This document shows positions 1-12,271 of a stretch of 49,180 nt of DNA, in pieces. Under the pieces are notes generated by a model. That model saw only the letters and a list, made by a program, of their open reading frames with translations, made no database searches and had not been told where the DNA came from. The stretch is from Octopus bimaculoides (taxonomy: Eukaryota). The stretch is from the NCBI RefSeq assembly GCF_001194135.2, contig NC_068988.1, positions 62,527,534 to 62,576,713 on the forward strand, written 5' to 3'. Each line of letters begins with the position of its first letter. The first letter of the stretch is position 1. The translations under genes and the position numbers were made by a program.

Positions 1-60
1 CCCTCTATTCTATTTCGGTCTAACGCTAGGGCTTTACTGTACCTAACAGATTCTGACTTG

Positions 61-142
<82 letters not shown>
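61..142. repeat. (GATA)n microsatellite
   Basis: About 20 uninterrupted GATA units; source of the spurious IYLS-repeat ORF 43-279. Confidence 0.98.
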
Positions 143-144
<2 letters not shown>

Positions 145-719
145 TAGCCTCACACAGTACATACAACACATACATAAGCATATATGTGTATATAAGCAGA
201 AGAAAAAATTTAGCCTGCTTTCGAAAATATAAACAGTTTCATAGATCGATTGGGGACAGTAAACACTGATTTGTATCATCGATTTCTTTTGAAACTACAC
301 ATACGTCTAATGAGAAAGATATTTTCGTTGAAGATTCATTACAGACGTGAACATAATTTTGTCTTGGGCAACGAACTCTATAATGTATTAGTTTTTCACA
401 TAAAATTGTACGCTCATAATTATTGTTCATTATTTTCAGTATTAAGAGGGCAGCTGGAGTTTGCCATGTAGTATAAGGTATTGAAAAAGAATTTGTCCAC
501 CATTTAGTTACAGACAATAACATTATGACTCTGCGTCCCACTACAATAATTTAAGTTAGATAAAATTGTGAACTATTCAATTACCGTCAACAGAAACTAA
601 TATTCCTGCAGAGAAAATATGAAATACTTCTGCCAAACTTAGAAATTACCCTCATACTATTAGAGTTGCCATAACCTCTTCTATAAAGTGTATTAGCCAC
701 ATAATCATGTATATTACTG

Positions 720-796
720 TGTATATGTATGCATGTATGCATATATGTACGTATGTATGTATGTATGTATGTATGTATGTATGTATGTATGCATGT
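720..796. repeat. (TATG)n microsatellite
   Basis: Tandem ATGT units, degenerate at the edges. Confidence 0.95.
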
Positions 797-918
797 AGGT
801 AACATTCAACAGTCGACTACTTTTACAATGATGTGACGGCTGGTTTTACAGTTTTATAGTTAAAAAGATAACTGGAATGTGTTAAACAGCGGAAAGGAGA
901 CAGTGAGGGGAGATAGGA

Positions 919-950
919 TATAAAACACTGACGAAATGGTGTACTCAGAC
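919..950 (+). promoter_or_regulatory. Candidate Pol II core promoter (TATA box + Inr-like)
   Basis: TATAAAA at 919-925. TCAGAC at 945-950 has its A 28 nt after the first T of the TATA box (canonical spacing; one mismatch to TCAKTY). A locally GC/CpG-richer unique segment follows, ending in a good splice donor. Confidence 0.5.
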
Positions 951-990
951 GCTCCCCGCAGTAAAGAGCCCGAAGACGTTACCGCAAAGA

Positions 991-1050
991 ATGACCAGCA
1001 ACACTCGCTGCAGCAGCCACTCCACCTCACGGGTCTCATTTCTCCGACAG
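991..1050 (+). CDS. Putative first coding exon (MTSNTRCSSHSTSRVSFLRQ), product unknown
   Basis: First ATG after the predicted TSS, with A at -3; 20 open codons ending at CAG|GTAACC, phase 0, matching the phase-0 exon at 25390. It could alternatively be 5'UTR. Confidence 0.45.
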
Positions 1051-1759
1051 GTAACCATTGTCCCTATTTTGTGATGTGAAATTGGCCATCAAGCTTCAAC
1101 ATAGAATCGAACCCTGTATTTCTCACCTTCTTCCTGTGCGCTTTACTTCAATTGCTTGATTTTCATGATATTGATATTATGCCAACCCAATTAGTGTTTG
1201 ATATCATCGTTATCATTTTTTCTCATTGCTATGTTTAGACGAAAATTGGTCCGTTACTGAAAACGTACCTATTCTTTCATCTATAATTCTTTTATCGTAC
1301 ACTCCCATTAGTTGTTATTTATATATTAATGAACTTACATTAATATGATCATTAAAATTTCTTTCGTTTGTCTTTTTATCTCTGTATGCAAAGTTATACG
1401 TAAAATATTTTACTATCGTGTTTTTTTTATGATTAATAATATAAACTTTTATTTTGCCTTTAATAGCAGAAACTGCTGTGTCTAGATTTATATTTTGGTT
1501 CCATGTCTGCATGTATGTGTGTGTCTGTGTACGTAAAAGAGCAAAACAGTCAGACGGTAATGTACATTGTGGATGTAAGTCATGTATTTTCCCCTTCATA
1601 TATATATTATTCATTTATTTACCATAAACGTTTTGAATATGCAAATAAAGATCCTATTCTGTTATACCGGCAACAGTCTAAAGATACTGGCTGGCGAACC
1701 AGTTTTTGGGTGTTGCATCAAACTGTATCGATATAATGTAGGTTAAATATAGTAATAAT

Positions 1760-2117
1760 AGTAATAATAGATTTGTACAAGTTGTCTCCAAGTCTCACCC
1801 AGAGATCTTAAGAGACAAGTTAGAAGTTTATGTTGGTGTTGTGCCTAGGATACCATATATTTGATTTTGTACATAGTGTTCTTCTAGATAATGTTTGAGA
1901 AACCACACGAAATTTAAGTGTTTGTTTTAAAACTTGAAATTACATAGAAAGTATTTTGCGTAGGATATGGACCGTTCCCATGGCCACTATCTTTTGAATT
2001 TCTGCCATTTTGTGGTTTCCTGGTATCTGAGCTAAGTAGGAATCAGCCCCTTTTGCTATCATTCCTAGGGCACCTATAACAACATGTATTATTTTAGCCT
2101 TCAGGTTCCACATTTTG

Positions 2118-2118
<1 letters not shown>
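1760..2118 (-). mobile_element. 5'-truncated non-LTR retrotransposon 3' end, R4/Dong-like (RLE-type)
   Basis: Minus strand 2113-1940 reads MWNLKAKIIHVVIGALGMIAKGADSYLAQIPGNHKMAEIQKIVAMGTVHILRKILSM*, typical of the C-terminus after the restriction-like endonuclease domain. A 3'UTR follows; the 5' junction abuts a (TAA)n tract. Confidence 0.8.

Positions 2119-2173
<55 letters not shown>
2119..2173. repeat. (ATT)n microsatellite
   Basis: About 18 perfect units; degenerate (TGTA)n follows to about 2310. Confidence 0.97.
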
Positions 2174-2174
<1 letters not shown>

Positions 2175-3134
2175 GCAAGCCTCCTGTATGTGTGTGCATT
2201 TCTATGTATGTATGTTTGTATATACGTTAGTGTGTATGAGTATGTGTTTTTATGCATGTATGTATGTACGTATGTATGTATTATGTATGCATGTTTGTAT
2301 GTATATACATGCAATATAAAAATCATCTGAAATGTATTTCATTTGTTTGTCTGTAAGCATGAGGTGTTTTTCAATAAAAATTTTCTTTATCCGTGGATCC
2401 ACCAAGAAAATCTGAATTCGGAGCGCCGCAACTGCGTAGAAATACCTCAGGGAGATTCTGGATTCAATACAATAGTAGAGAGTGCGTTACCCTGTTGTCA
2501 CCTGAGATTTACGTTAAACGTAAGTGTGACTGGATTGCTGAGACACATACAGGAGAGCAGGTTAACGAATTTAACTCTCCTTCTCTTCCACAATTTTAAA
2601 GTAGATTCTCACCATTGATACATTGAAAATAATATCTCTCTCCAGTGTGGCGTAGCGCAATTAATCATTAACCCTTGTGTGAAGCAGCACGCACTCTATA
2701 AAATATTGGCTTATATTCATAAGATCGTTATAAATACACGTTATGACATTGGTTTTGGAATACACGTAAACTATGATGTAGAATAGTTATCCTTAAAGGC
2801 AACACATGTTTTAGCTGATTAGTGCCGGAATTCCTTGATTTTTCAAATCTCATCATTGGAATATTTAAAATATGTAAACAAACGTGGCGAATCCTTCACA
2901 TAGTGTTCTATTTGTTTTTAACTCTTTCAATCTCATAAATGTTACTCCTACCCCATTTCTTCTACCCTTGTTTGTCTTCTATGCCAATTTTTCATTGTTT
3001 TATTCATTTAATTATTTTATCCCATCTATAACATTTTATATATCTCGTCTCTTCTCTTTGTTTTAGAGAATAATTTTGCTGAAACATGATATAGCAAAGT
3101 GTACTTATATCCTGTATAATATTGATACCAAGTT

Positions 3135-3337
3135 TTTCACCAGGCCGGCAAGTTTGGGAGAGCGTTAAGTCGATTGCATTGACCTCTGTGTTTAACCGTT
3201 ACTTTATTTTAGCGACCACAAAATGATGTAAGGCAAAGTTGACCTCAGCGGAATTTGAACTCAGAACGTAAAGGCGTATGTAATATTATGAAGCATTTAC
3301 CCCGGTGTGCTGACGAGACCACCAGCTCGCTGCCTTA
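3135..3337 (-). mobile_element. tRNA-derived SINE, family A (diverged)
   Basis: Reverse complement aligns with the 12272 copy: GGCAGCGAGCTGG head, GAGTTCAAATTCC B-box, GGTCAACTTTGCCTT central motif. Confidence 0.85.
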
Positions 3338-3438
3338 AAGCCTGTAAAATGTTGTATTAAATACATGTAATATGCTTCTGACTATGAACCTATTGAATCC
3401 TCTTCATAGCTCAGAATTTCATAACGATTTTCTTAGCT

Positions 3439-3746
3439 CAGTGATTCCCAAACTTTTTCGGGCTGCTTCCCCCTTGGCACTCGGGTCACATTCATTGTCG
3501 CATAGTGCCCCCCCCTACAAACGTAGGCCATTTTCTGTAGCAAATTCAAAGCAATAGTATTCACAAATAAAATGTAACTTAACTGACTCATCATTGTGTT
3601 TAACTTTACATCCATCGCTCCCTTTTCGCTACTCCATCATCACCCCATTATCCCTACACATTATGAGATGTGTTCAAACATATCCCATGAATTTTTCCAT
3701 CGCTTGCAGGGGTAGGAAGCAGTATTGCTCACTTTGGGAACCACTG
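3439..3746. mobile_element. Non-autonomous hAT (Charlie-like) MITE
   Basis: Termini CAGTGATTCCCAAA and TTTGGGAACCACTG form a 13/14 inverted repeat. The 8-bp flanks TCTTAGCT and GTTTAACT match 5/8, consistent with a decayed TSD. Confidence 0.75.
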
Positions 3747-4091
3747 GTTTAACTTATTTGATACACACACGTGTACGTCACTCAAAATTTCTTACCATTT
3801 TTATCTTTCTTATAGAAGTCATATTCATACTCCCTACTTCAATAGATCAATTCCTACTTGAATGGGCCACGATTTTACAAAACGGGGTTAAAATGAATTA
3901 ACAATGACTGAACACATCAGTTGCTCCTATTAATCTCGGCATTGCCTGTATCACTTTTTGTCCCAAACATATCTAAATTTATGTCTTAAAAGTGTTTATA
4001 CTCCTATACTTGCAATTACCGGGAAATTATGAGATTTTTCAACATATATCGTATCAACTTCACATATTGCATCACACAACGAAATATATTC

Positions 4092-4217
4092 AAGCTCATA
4101 GTGACAAAACAGCGACATTCTCAGTAATCTCATTAACTACCTACCACAAGAGGAACCTCTATATAATTGTTGTATTTGCTTGAAATGTTAGCCAAACTTC
4201 CTGGAAATAATATGTCA
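4092..4217 (+). repeat. 126-bp direct repeat, copy 1
   Basis: AAGCTCATAGTGACAAAACAGCGACATTCTCAGTA...TATGTCA, about 90% identical by eye to 5103-5228. Confidence 0.95.
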
Positions 4218-5102
4218 GTGTCTTATAAGGGAATTGAAACATTCGATAATGTTGCCATGGATGCACACTGTCTGGAGTGAATAAAGACCGTTTAGACATA
4301 GCTTCAACGCCTTTCATCACACGTCTAGACAATTAAGGCCGTATTGGGAGTAAACGACAATAATATCTTATTAACATTAATAATATTACTTCAATGCACG
4401 GTGTCAAATATAATTATAGAATGACCGCAGATATCACGTATCCATTCCGCTTTCCTTCACCATTACCACGACTAGGATCAACATAGCTATATAAACAGTA
4501 AAGAGTTTGGAGAAAATCTAAAATCTAATACGGCCACATTTTTATCACATATGTAATGACTGATATCACACAGGTACATGTGCGAAGTGTTGCTGTCTAC
4601 AAGAGAGAAGGCACGCTATTGTAGATAATTAGGTCTATTCATTATGACAATTTGTTAAGCTGACAATCTATGTGTTTCCTATACGCTTGATTTGTAGGGC
4701 TTCTTCGGGCTAAGAGAAATATTATAATTACTAAAGGCATTTTCATGGCATATCATGTCTTAAACTAGTGCTCTTGAAGTAAAACAATACCTTCTACGCT
4801 GTAAACAGTGATTCTAGTCGGTAGAGACAAAACAATCGAAATCTCTTAACTAGAGCAGATAAAAAACAACTGTAATGCGTTCACGAATTTCAACTTTTTT
4901 ATTTTTTTCTCTATGCCATTAATAGAATCCTCAGACCAACATGAGTATATGAAAGTTGACAGTGCACGATATGACTAACAATCACCGCAAGTTTCATCAC
5001 TGCCTACCGGATTAAACAGACAGAGTATAATTTGGCAGAGGAATATGAGTGTAACTTCTTGTCATGCGGCAGCAATCTGTGTTCTATAAAACTTTTCAAT
5101 TA

Positions 5103-5228
5103 AAGCTCATAGTGACAAAACAGCGACATTCTCAGTAACATCATTAACTACCTACCGCAAGAGGAGCCTCTACGCAACTGTTGTATTTGCTTGAAATATT
5201 AGCCAAACGTCCTGGAAATATTATGTCA
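5103..5228 (+). repeat. 126-bp direct repeat, copy 2
   Basis: Colinear with 4092-4217, no indels; offset 1011 bp. Confidence 0.95.
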
Positions 5229-6584
5229 TGTACAAAGTAAAATTGATTAATATGATTGTAGGCGAAGATATGATGTGGCTGTGTTCAGTAAGAAGCTCGT
5301 TTTGGGGTCCACTCCCAATGTACGCTGCACATTTGTGTGTGTGTGTGGTGGCTGAGGGGGGGTGTGTGAGTGTATCTGTATTTCCGTATATTTTTGGACA
5401 CATCGTTTGACATCTGGTGTTCGATTATTTACTTTCCCATAATGTTAGCGATTTGGGAGGGGATTGGAAAATGAAGCACCAGACATTCAGAAATTAACTA
5501 CTGGGGTCTATTTATTAGATAAAATACCTTCAAGACGGTGTCCTAGCACCGACTGGGTGTTGAAAGGCAAATTTAAAAGGTAGCATATTCTCTTGTATGA
5601 ATAATGGTTAAATTTGATCCGCTATATATGCATGGGCTCGTTTTTAATATATGTCTCAAAAGAAGAAATTTATATGAAATATAGGGAGTTGTATACGAGT
5701 CTAAAATTGCATTTATTGTCATTATAGGGGGCTAAATTAGAGAACCAAAGCAAAATGTGACTTATGTTACCACTTGCTCTCCACAAAACAAAACGAAAAC
5801 GCATGAAATAATACTGTGATAAAATAGCAGATATTAACAACCTAGATAAATACACAAAAAATAAAGGCAAAATGAAAACGAAATGATCGATTTTAATGAA
5901 TTCATATTTCTCAGAGTTGACATCCGACTAAGCAGCAGCTGCACCAGTAGCAGCTGTAGGAGCAACATCAACATCCGCAACAGCAACAGGAACGTCAACA
6001 TTCAATATTGAAACAGTGATTGAATTATCCCCATTAATCACAAGTCCATAAGGTGGTTGTGAATTGAAATAATAACTATTTATATACACAGCTCGATTCT
6101 ATCAACTATATACGCTGTCCAGTTAATATTCTTATGACCTCATCAAATTATATAAATTAAGAAAAGTCTTATAAAATAACAAATTCTCGTATATACTTTT
6201 AAATTCATTTGAAATACGCAACTAGAAATGTCTTTTTTTTTCTTTCTGTCAATTACCACCTAAACTTTCTATTTCGTAGAGTGATTTTGTCAGTGCAGAA
6301 ACGAATGGTAAATGAAATCATATATATAGAAAGATAATTACACTTGACGTCCCAAGATAATCATTTAATTACCTAATATTAATTGCAACAATTTGTCTTT
6401 TCGTATGTTGAAAATTAATATTGAAATAATTTTCAAATTGCAGAACTTAGTAAATGACTTCAGCATTCATTAAATTCTTTCAAAATCTCCTGATCAAATT
6501 TCATTTTTTTTCGCCGATTCATTAGTTTCAGCAATTACGCTTGGAAAACTTTCTTTTATGCAAAAGTTAACAACTCTCACACAA

Positions 6585-6985
6585 CCCCCACCCACAGACA
6601 CACACACACACATATATATATATTATGCATATATATATATATATATATATATNNNNNNNNNNATGTATGTATATAGGCATACACTGGTTTAGGTATGTAA
6701 GTATGTAAGTGCTTGAGTAGATGGAAAATGATTGCATCAGTAAAACAAGTTAGAAATATATGATATATTGTACACTTTAAAGCAAAAGAGTTGAAAAATA
6801 GGCGATGTATGAAATATATTTATTCCACTGTGTATTTATGTATCCATCTACACTCCTATCCATCTGTCTATATAGCTATCTATAAAACTACCTACATATA
6901 TATACCTAAACACATGCACACACAAGCACACACACACACACACACACACACGAGCACACACGCGCACACACACATACACATGATC
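6585..6985. repeat. (CA)n/(TA)n microsatellite cluster with 10-N gap (6653-6662)
   Basis: Direct reading. Confidence 0.9.
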
Positions 6986-9689
6986 AAACAGAAATTCACA
7001 AACACAGACAAGCAAACACAAAGTCATACACATATCTATATTGATTGATTGTTATTACTTCATTTTAATTTTCTACGCTTTTTCCACCACGTTTGACTTT
7101 TGTGCTTTTGCCTCTCAATCTATTAACCTGTCTTTCTCTGCACATGCCTATATATATATATAATATTTTGCTCACGCAAACACCCACACAGACATCTCAA
7201 TAAATATATGCATATCTACATACACCCACACATATATGGTTCTTAAAGGTTTTACCATTCTACATATTTCTCATATTTCTGTGCATGTACAATTATGTAT
7301 TTATTGAAAATGGTTTAATCTTAGCAGTATCTATTAGTATCTCAATTGATAAAGTTTAACACCCGCTGAGATTTGTTGAGTGTTGTGCTCCCGACAAATC
7401 ATCTTAGGTTGATATTAGCAACTTTTCAATTAAAGAGACCTCGCCCACATTTGCACTATAGTAAATATAAAATATGAGCACAAATTGATTGCTTTTACTA
7501 GATAGTTTCTTTCTTCATTTCCCCCCTTTTTTGCATTGAAGTATTTCGCACACTCACCCACACACACACACACAAAACATATATGTCTGATATGAAGTTA
7601 AAGGCTTCTTATTGTGAAGGAAATGCGTTAGATATTCGAATATGAAGCTGTATCTTCGTGTATTGTCGTAGTAAATTTCTTTTGACAGCATAAATATACA
7701 TTTATCTCTCCTCCGAAATATGTAGTTTACAAGGGGTGTAAGGTGTATTGAATCAATTTGAAATTGGGGAACTCGTTTGGATATGCTTCTGGGCAAATAT
7801 AAAGGTTAGTAATGAAAGCATCAGGAAATTGTTCTTCAGTCATAGAGATCAAAATCCAAATTTTATGGCATTCGGTTACCTCTGGCGAATTCTTTTCACA
7901 GTTCTCACACATTGCGTGTTTACTTAAATTTCCAATTCAGCATTCTCATCACGCTATCCACCGAAATATTTCACCTTCATTCATAAACATTCTGTTTATC
8001 TTGCATGGACAGGCGTTATGTTCGTGACTACTAAAATTTTCCTTACCGTCTTCATTAAGCAAAAATTGCTCTATTGAAATTTTCTCAACGCAAAATATTC
8101 ATATAGGTTAAAATAAGCGTCCCTCAATTTCTGTGATAATAATTTTATTCTGTAGCTCCATGGTACTTTAGTTGCGATCAAAACTGAGTATTTTGACATA
8201 TTGGTCCATCCTAAGAAGAGTTTTATCTGAAATAGCAAGCATTAAAATACATTAATACAGAATACTGATGCTTCCATACCAACAATTTGATGAAAAGTTT
8301 ATTGCATTCTAATGCCTCAGCCTCCCCTGTCACAGTATTTATAATGTTGCCGAAAATAAATTAGAAAAGTAAATATTAAAAAATACATTCAAGTAGATGT
8401 AATTTACTGTCAATATTTAGATCTTTGGAAAAATACTATCCCTTGTTAAAACATTAGTTGGAGGAAATATGATAAAATGTTGCCGATTAGAGATTCTTTG
8501 TTGAGATAATATGCCTTCAGTAATGAACTGTGTTTAAGTAGGTTAATGGCAATAAAATCGATGCTTATGTTTTAGTTACTGTCATTTTTCTCCAAAACTT
8601 TCTAGATATTCACGAACTTAAGCAAAGGTATTTCATCTTTTTTGTTTTAACTTATTAGCATTTTCATGATATTCCATGATTTCTGAAGGTCCTTAAACAA
8701 TGCAAACACGATCCGTGGTTCCCTCTGCCTCATTTGTCTTTTTATTTTTTCTCTCACTTCCATTACGCATGGCCATATTTCATTTCCGCAACATACTACC
8801 AATGAGAACTATAAAAATACAAACAAAAAATAGATAAAACCAGCCTGTAATTTCTTTGTATAATAAACCTCTCAAGCAATGGGATTTTTATCCAAAATAC
8901 AGAGTAATCTAGAATGATGTTAATTCATATACCTTCCCAAGGACCATCAATACTTCGCTTGGATCTCACCCCAGTAATGGAACACGCTCTCAAAAGTGTT
9001 CACTCCTCGCTAATCCTCACCTAGATGATACATTATAACTTCTCACAGCATTATTCAGAGGAATTTGTGCCTTCCATTAATTGACTAGGTATTTCTGCCT
9101 CTCTACGTTTCTATGTCCACTTAATCTATGTTTCACTTGAGAAGATTTTCCTTCACAATTTTCTAGTTTCCTTAAGCTATACTGGATGAAATACAGTACT
9201 GCTATGACTCAACACACCACCTACTGATGTATTATGTTTTATCCTTGGCCAGGCATTCTTTTCTCAAACAAGTTCATTTACTGCTAAATTCATTTCATGA
9301 TGTCTTCTTCTCTGAAAATGATCACATATTAAGCCAGGTCTTTCTACAACATCAATGGTCATACGAAATATTCTCTACCATACCATATCCACTTCATTTT
9401 CCGCTACGTTATCCTCTCAGCTCTTTAAAAAAAAATATGGTTACTTGCAGTTTACAGACATTCCTATACAAAAAAGCGCGTCGCCCCTTCTATCTCTCTT
9501 TATCACAATACTAGGTTTTCGCTGATGAAAACACTTCAAACGTATAGGCAACGACGCTATATTCTATAATCTGTAATCATATCACTAGTTATCACTATCA
9601 AACAATGTGATTTCCTACAAACCAAATGCTTATTATATTTCAGTAGACAAATAATTTCCCGAATATATACTCTTTACTCTTTTACTCTT

Positions 9690-9786
9690 ATATTTGTTTC
9701 AGTGATTTGACTGCGGCCATGCTTGGGGCATCGCCTTTAGACGAGCAAATCGACCCCAGGACTTATTCTCTGGAAGCCAAGTACTT

Positions 9787-9839
<53 letters not shown>

Positions 9840-9999
9840 ACATATACACGACGTGCTTCTTTCAGTTTCCGTCTACCAAAGAGACTCACAAGGCTTTAGT
9901 CGGCCCGAAAACACTTGCCCAAGGTGCCACGCAGTGGGACTGAACTCAGAACCATGTTGTTGGTAAGCAAGCTACTTACCACACAGCCACTCTTGCGCC
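9690..9999 (-). mobile_element. tRNA-derived SINE, family B (CORE-like), with internal (TA)n
   Basis: Minus-strand head GGCGCAAGAGTGGCTGTGTGGTAAG with B-box GAGTTCAGTCCC, then GGCACCTTGGGCAAGTG (CORE-like), an internal microsatellite and a tail GGCCGCAGTCAAATCACTGAAAC. Homologous to 42585-43002. Confidence 0.85.
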
Positions 10000-12159
10000 C
10001 AACTATATATTTTAAAGATCAATGTCCTACAGAAGTGAGAGGCTTTCAGTCAGCGCTGAAAATATCCGAAATTTTAATTTTTGCTTTAGTCTATTTTTAG
10101 AGATTGCTTCGCACCATAATACTTACATCAAGTGCTTTCCATTATTATAAGTGGACTTCAGAGTCTACATCTCCTCCTATATGACTAGCTAGAGGATATA
10201 TTTTGTCTGGTCATATACACAGTTATATTTAAACTATAATATTAGCAAAACTTTATTCAATGAAATACACGTCCTGTATACACTGTTGGTGTAATAGTAA
10301 CTTAAATAACTAGAAACTTATATCAGTAGCATGGTCCAGCATGTAACCATAGGTACTAGTTCAAAATAAAATAGAACAATTTCATAATATATATTCTTGA
10401 ATGGCTGCGAAGAAAATCGTCGTTGAAATTGTATTCGATCTCCCGGATACTTGTAAAAATGGTACTAAAATAGTCGACGAAAAACGTTGGTGATAATTTA
10501 TAGAGAAGAAGTATGTAAGATCTCATGGGACAGGAAATATATGAGACCCAGTTAAAGATCATGAGTTGGATCTGGGACCTTTTAAAGATGCACTTGTGTT
10601 GCATCATGTTTCAGGACTTAGAATAATGTATTCTTTCAGCTATCGACTGTAGAGGAACTTTAAAGTGTTACATGCTGTTTACACCATCTCAAAATGCTCC
10701 AATACTTGAGAAGCTGCACCACGGACAGAAACAGTAACACGATGGGTGATTTCAGATGACCTAGGATAGAATTTTGGGAAACAAATACTCTAAAAGGTTA
10801 CACAAATAAAACACTTATTCATTTGAATTTATGTAAAGTTAAAATATGTGTTCATATACGTGACACTCCCATAAAACATATTATTTCAAAAATACGCAAT
10901 TTTGTATTATGAAACAAAAGAATATAAATGAAACGCTACAAATAAGTTAAGTATCTCTTTCTTTTCCTACCCATCCTATGCCAAAGATAAACCGTTTATT
11001 TAATTTATTTATAATCTTTTAATAATTATATCTGGATGAAAGTTGGCAGTCAATATCATTTCGTTCGTAACCAACTTTAATAGAGTAAGACAACGCAATA
11101 ATGATACATTTTCCGTGTACTTATTTCTACCCAATTTGAGCTGTCGTCAAATCTCCGAATTCTTTTGGTAAACAATTTCATAAAAAAGCTTTTGCGTTCG
11201 GTGCTTATCTTTGGATGCAGCATTTAACAACCACAGAAAGGTTTGTTACTTAACACACTACTATTTCATATTTATCTACACTAACTCTGTATATATTACT
11301 CCACATATGGTTTGACCTATGTTAAGATCTTGCTGTTGGAACACTTAGTGTATTATCGTGAATTTCACATCACTGACTGTAGTAGTTTCAGATTCAAACG
11401 CCTCTTTGGAGGGCTCACCTCCAAAGCTTTATTGTTAATAAATGGTCAGTTGTTTGTACTATCAACGATGTGATATATCTACAAAGATGTGATTTCTCTA
11501 ATTGATTGTATGGTTGGGGAAACCGGCAGCTATTCAAATCTAGGACTAACATTTATTGTCTTTCTAATATATAAGAAGAAAATTTTCTAGTCTTTAAGGT
11601 AATATAGCATATATCCTACAAGTGATATAGGGTATATTACCGTAATACTGAAAAGTACGTCTTCGACTGCACTAATTGTGTCATTCCATTAACTTCATTA
11701 CGTATTACTTAGTAAAGTGCATACCAAAGTAAATGAAATTTCGCGACAATAAAGTTGTTGAGTAAGCGGCGATGGATGTCTTAATGGCAACACAAAAAAC
11801 AATTGTATACATTGCCTGTACTTCTGAATTGGACTCATTCTGATATCTATATGGGATTTAATAACATGTAGCGTACAGGCACAACTTTTACATAAGTGAA
11901 TGTAGCAGTTTCAGGTTGAAATGTCTATCTGGAAGACTCCAGCAGAGTGCATGAAAATTTAGAAATATTTTGATGTACCGTAAAGTTGATCCCAAGATAT
12001 GTTAACGACTTCATTCAGAAAATAGAGAGAAACTATTGTAACGCTTATCTACTGAATTCTAAATAAGGTACGGTGCTGTGTAAAATACAGCGCTCAGTTT
12101 TTCAGTTTTCAGTAACTGTTAAGACCTCGTTGGGTGTCAAATAAAGCACACACGCGTAT

Positions 12160-12249
12160 ACCATCCCCACACACACGCGTATACCATCCCCCCACACGCG
12201 CACACGCACGCACGCACACGCACGCACGCACGCACACGCACGCACGCAC
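12160..12249. repeat. (CACG)n/(CA)n compound microsatellite ending at a 10-N gap
   Basis: Direct reading; includes a short duplication of CACACGCGTATACCATCCCC. Confidence 0.9.
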
Positions 12250-12271
12250 NNNNNNNNNNTATATAGCTAAA

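Noticed and set aside
936-1050. Alternative longer frame MVYSDAPRSKEPEDVTAK... from ATG 936
   Set aside because: The ATG lies only 11 nt after the TATA box, upstream of the predicted TSS, and ends in phase 1, which does not fit the 25390 exon. It is not excluded if the TSS is elsewhere.
2400-2525. Possible cassette exon ending at AAC|GTAAGT (ORFs 2343-2618 and 2393-2599)
   Set aside because: Good donor but no acceptor with an adjacent polypyrimidine tract in a compatible phase; peptide unrecognisable.
7720-8340. Coding-like stretch on the minus strand
   Set aside because: Multiple stops and no diagnostic motif; probably a decayed TE, but it cannot be classified.
8900-9430. Possible RTE-like LINE C-terminal remnants on the minus strand (RKMKWIWYG, EIPSQLMEG)
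   Set aside because: The similarity is too fragmentary to support a call without alignment.
10401-10650. Interrupted frame MAAKKIVVEIVFDLPDT...DLGPFKDALVLHHVSGL
   Set aside because: Three in-frame stops, no splice support, no family recognised.
11404-11426. 9-bp stem, 5-nt loop hairpin CTTTGGAGG-GCTCA-CCTCCAAAG
   Set aside because: Not a histone stem-loop and no Helitron CTRR end nearby; a stem of this size is not unexpected in 49 kb.
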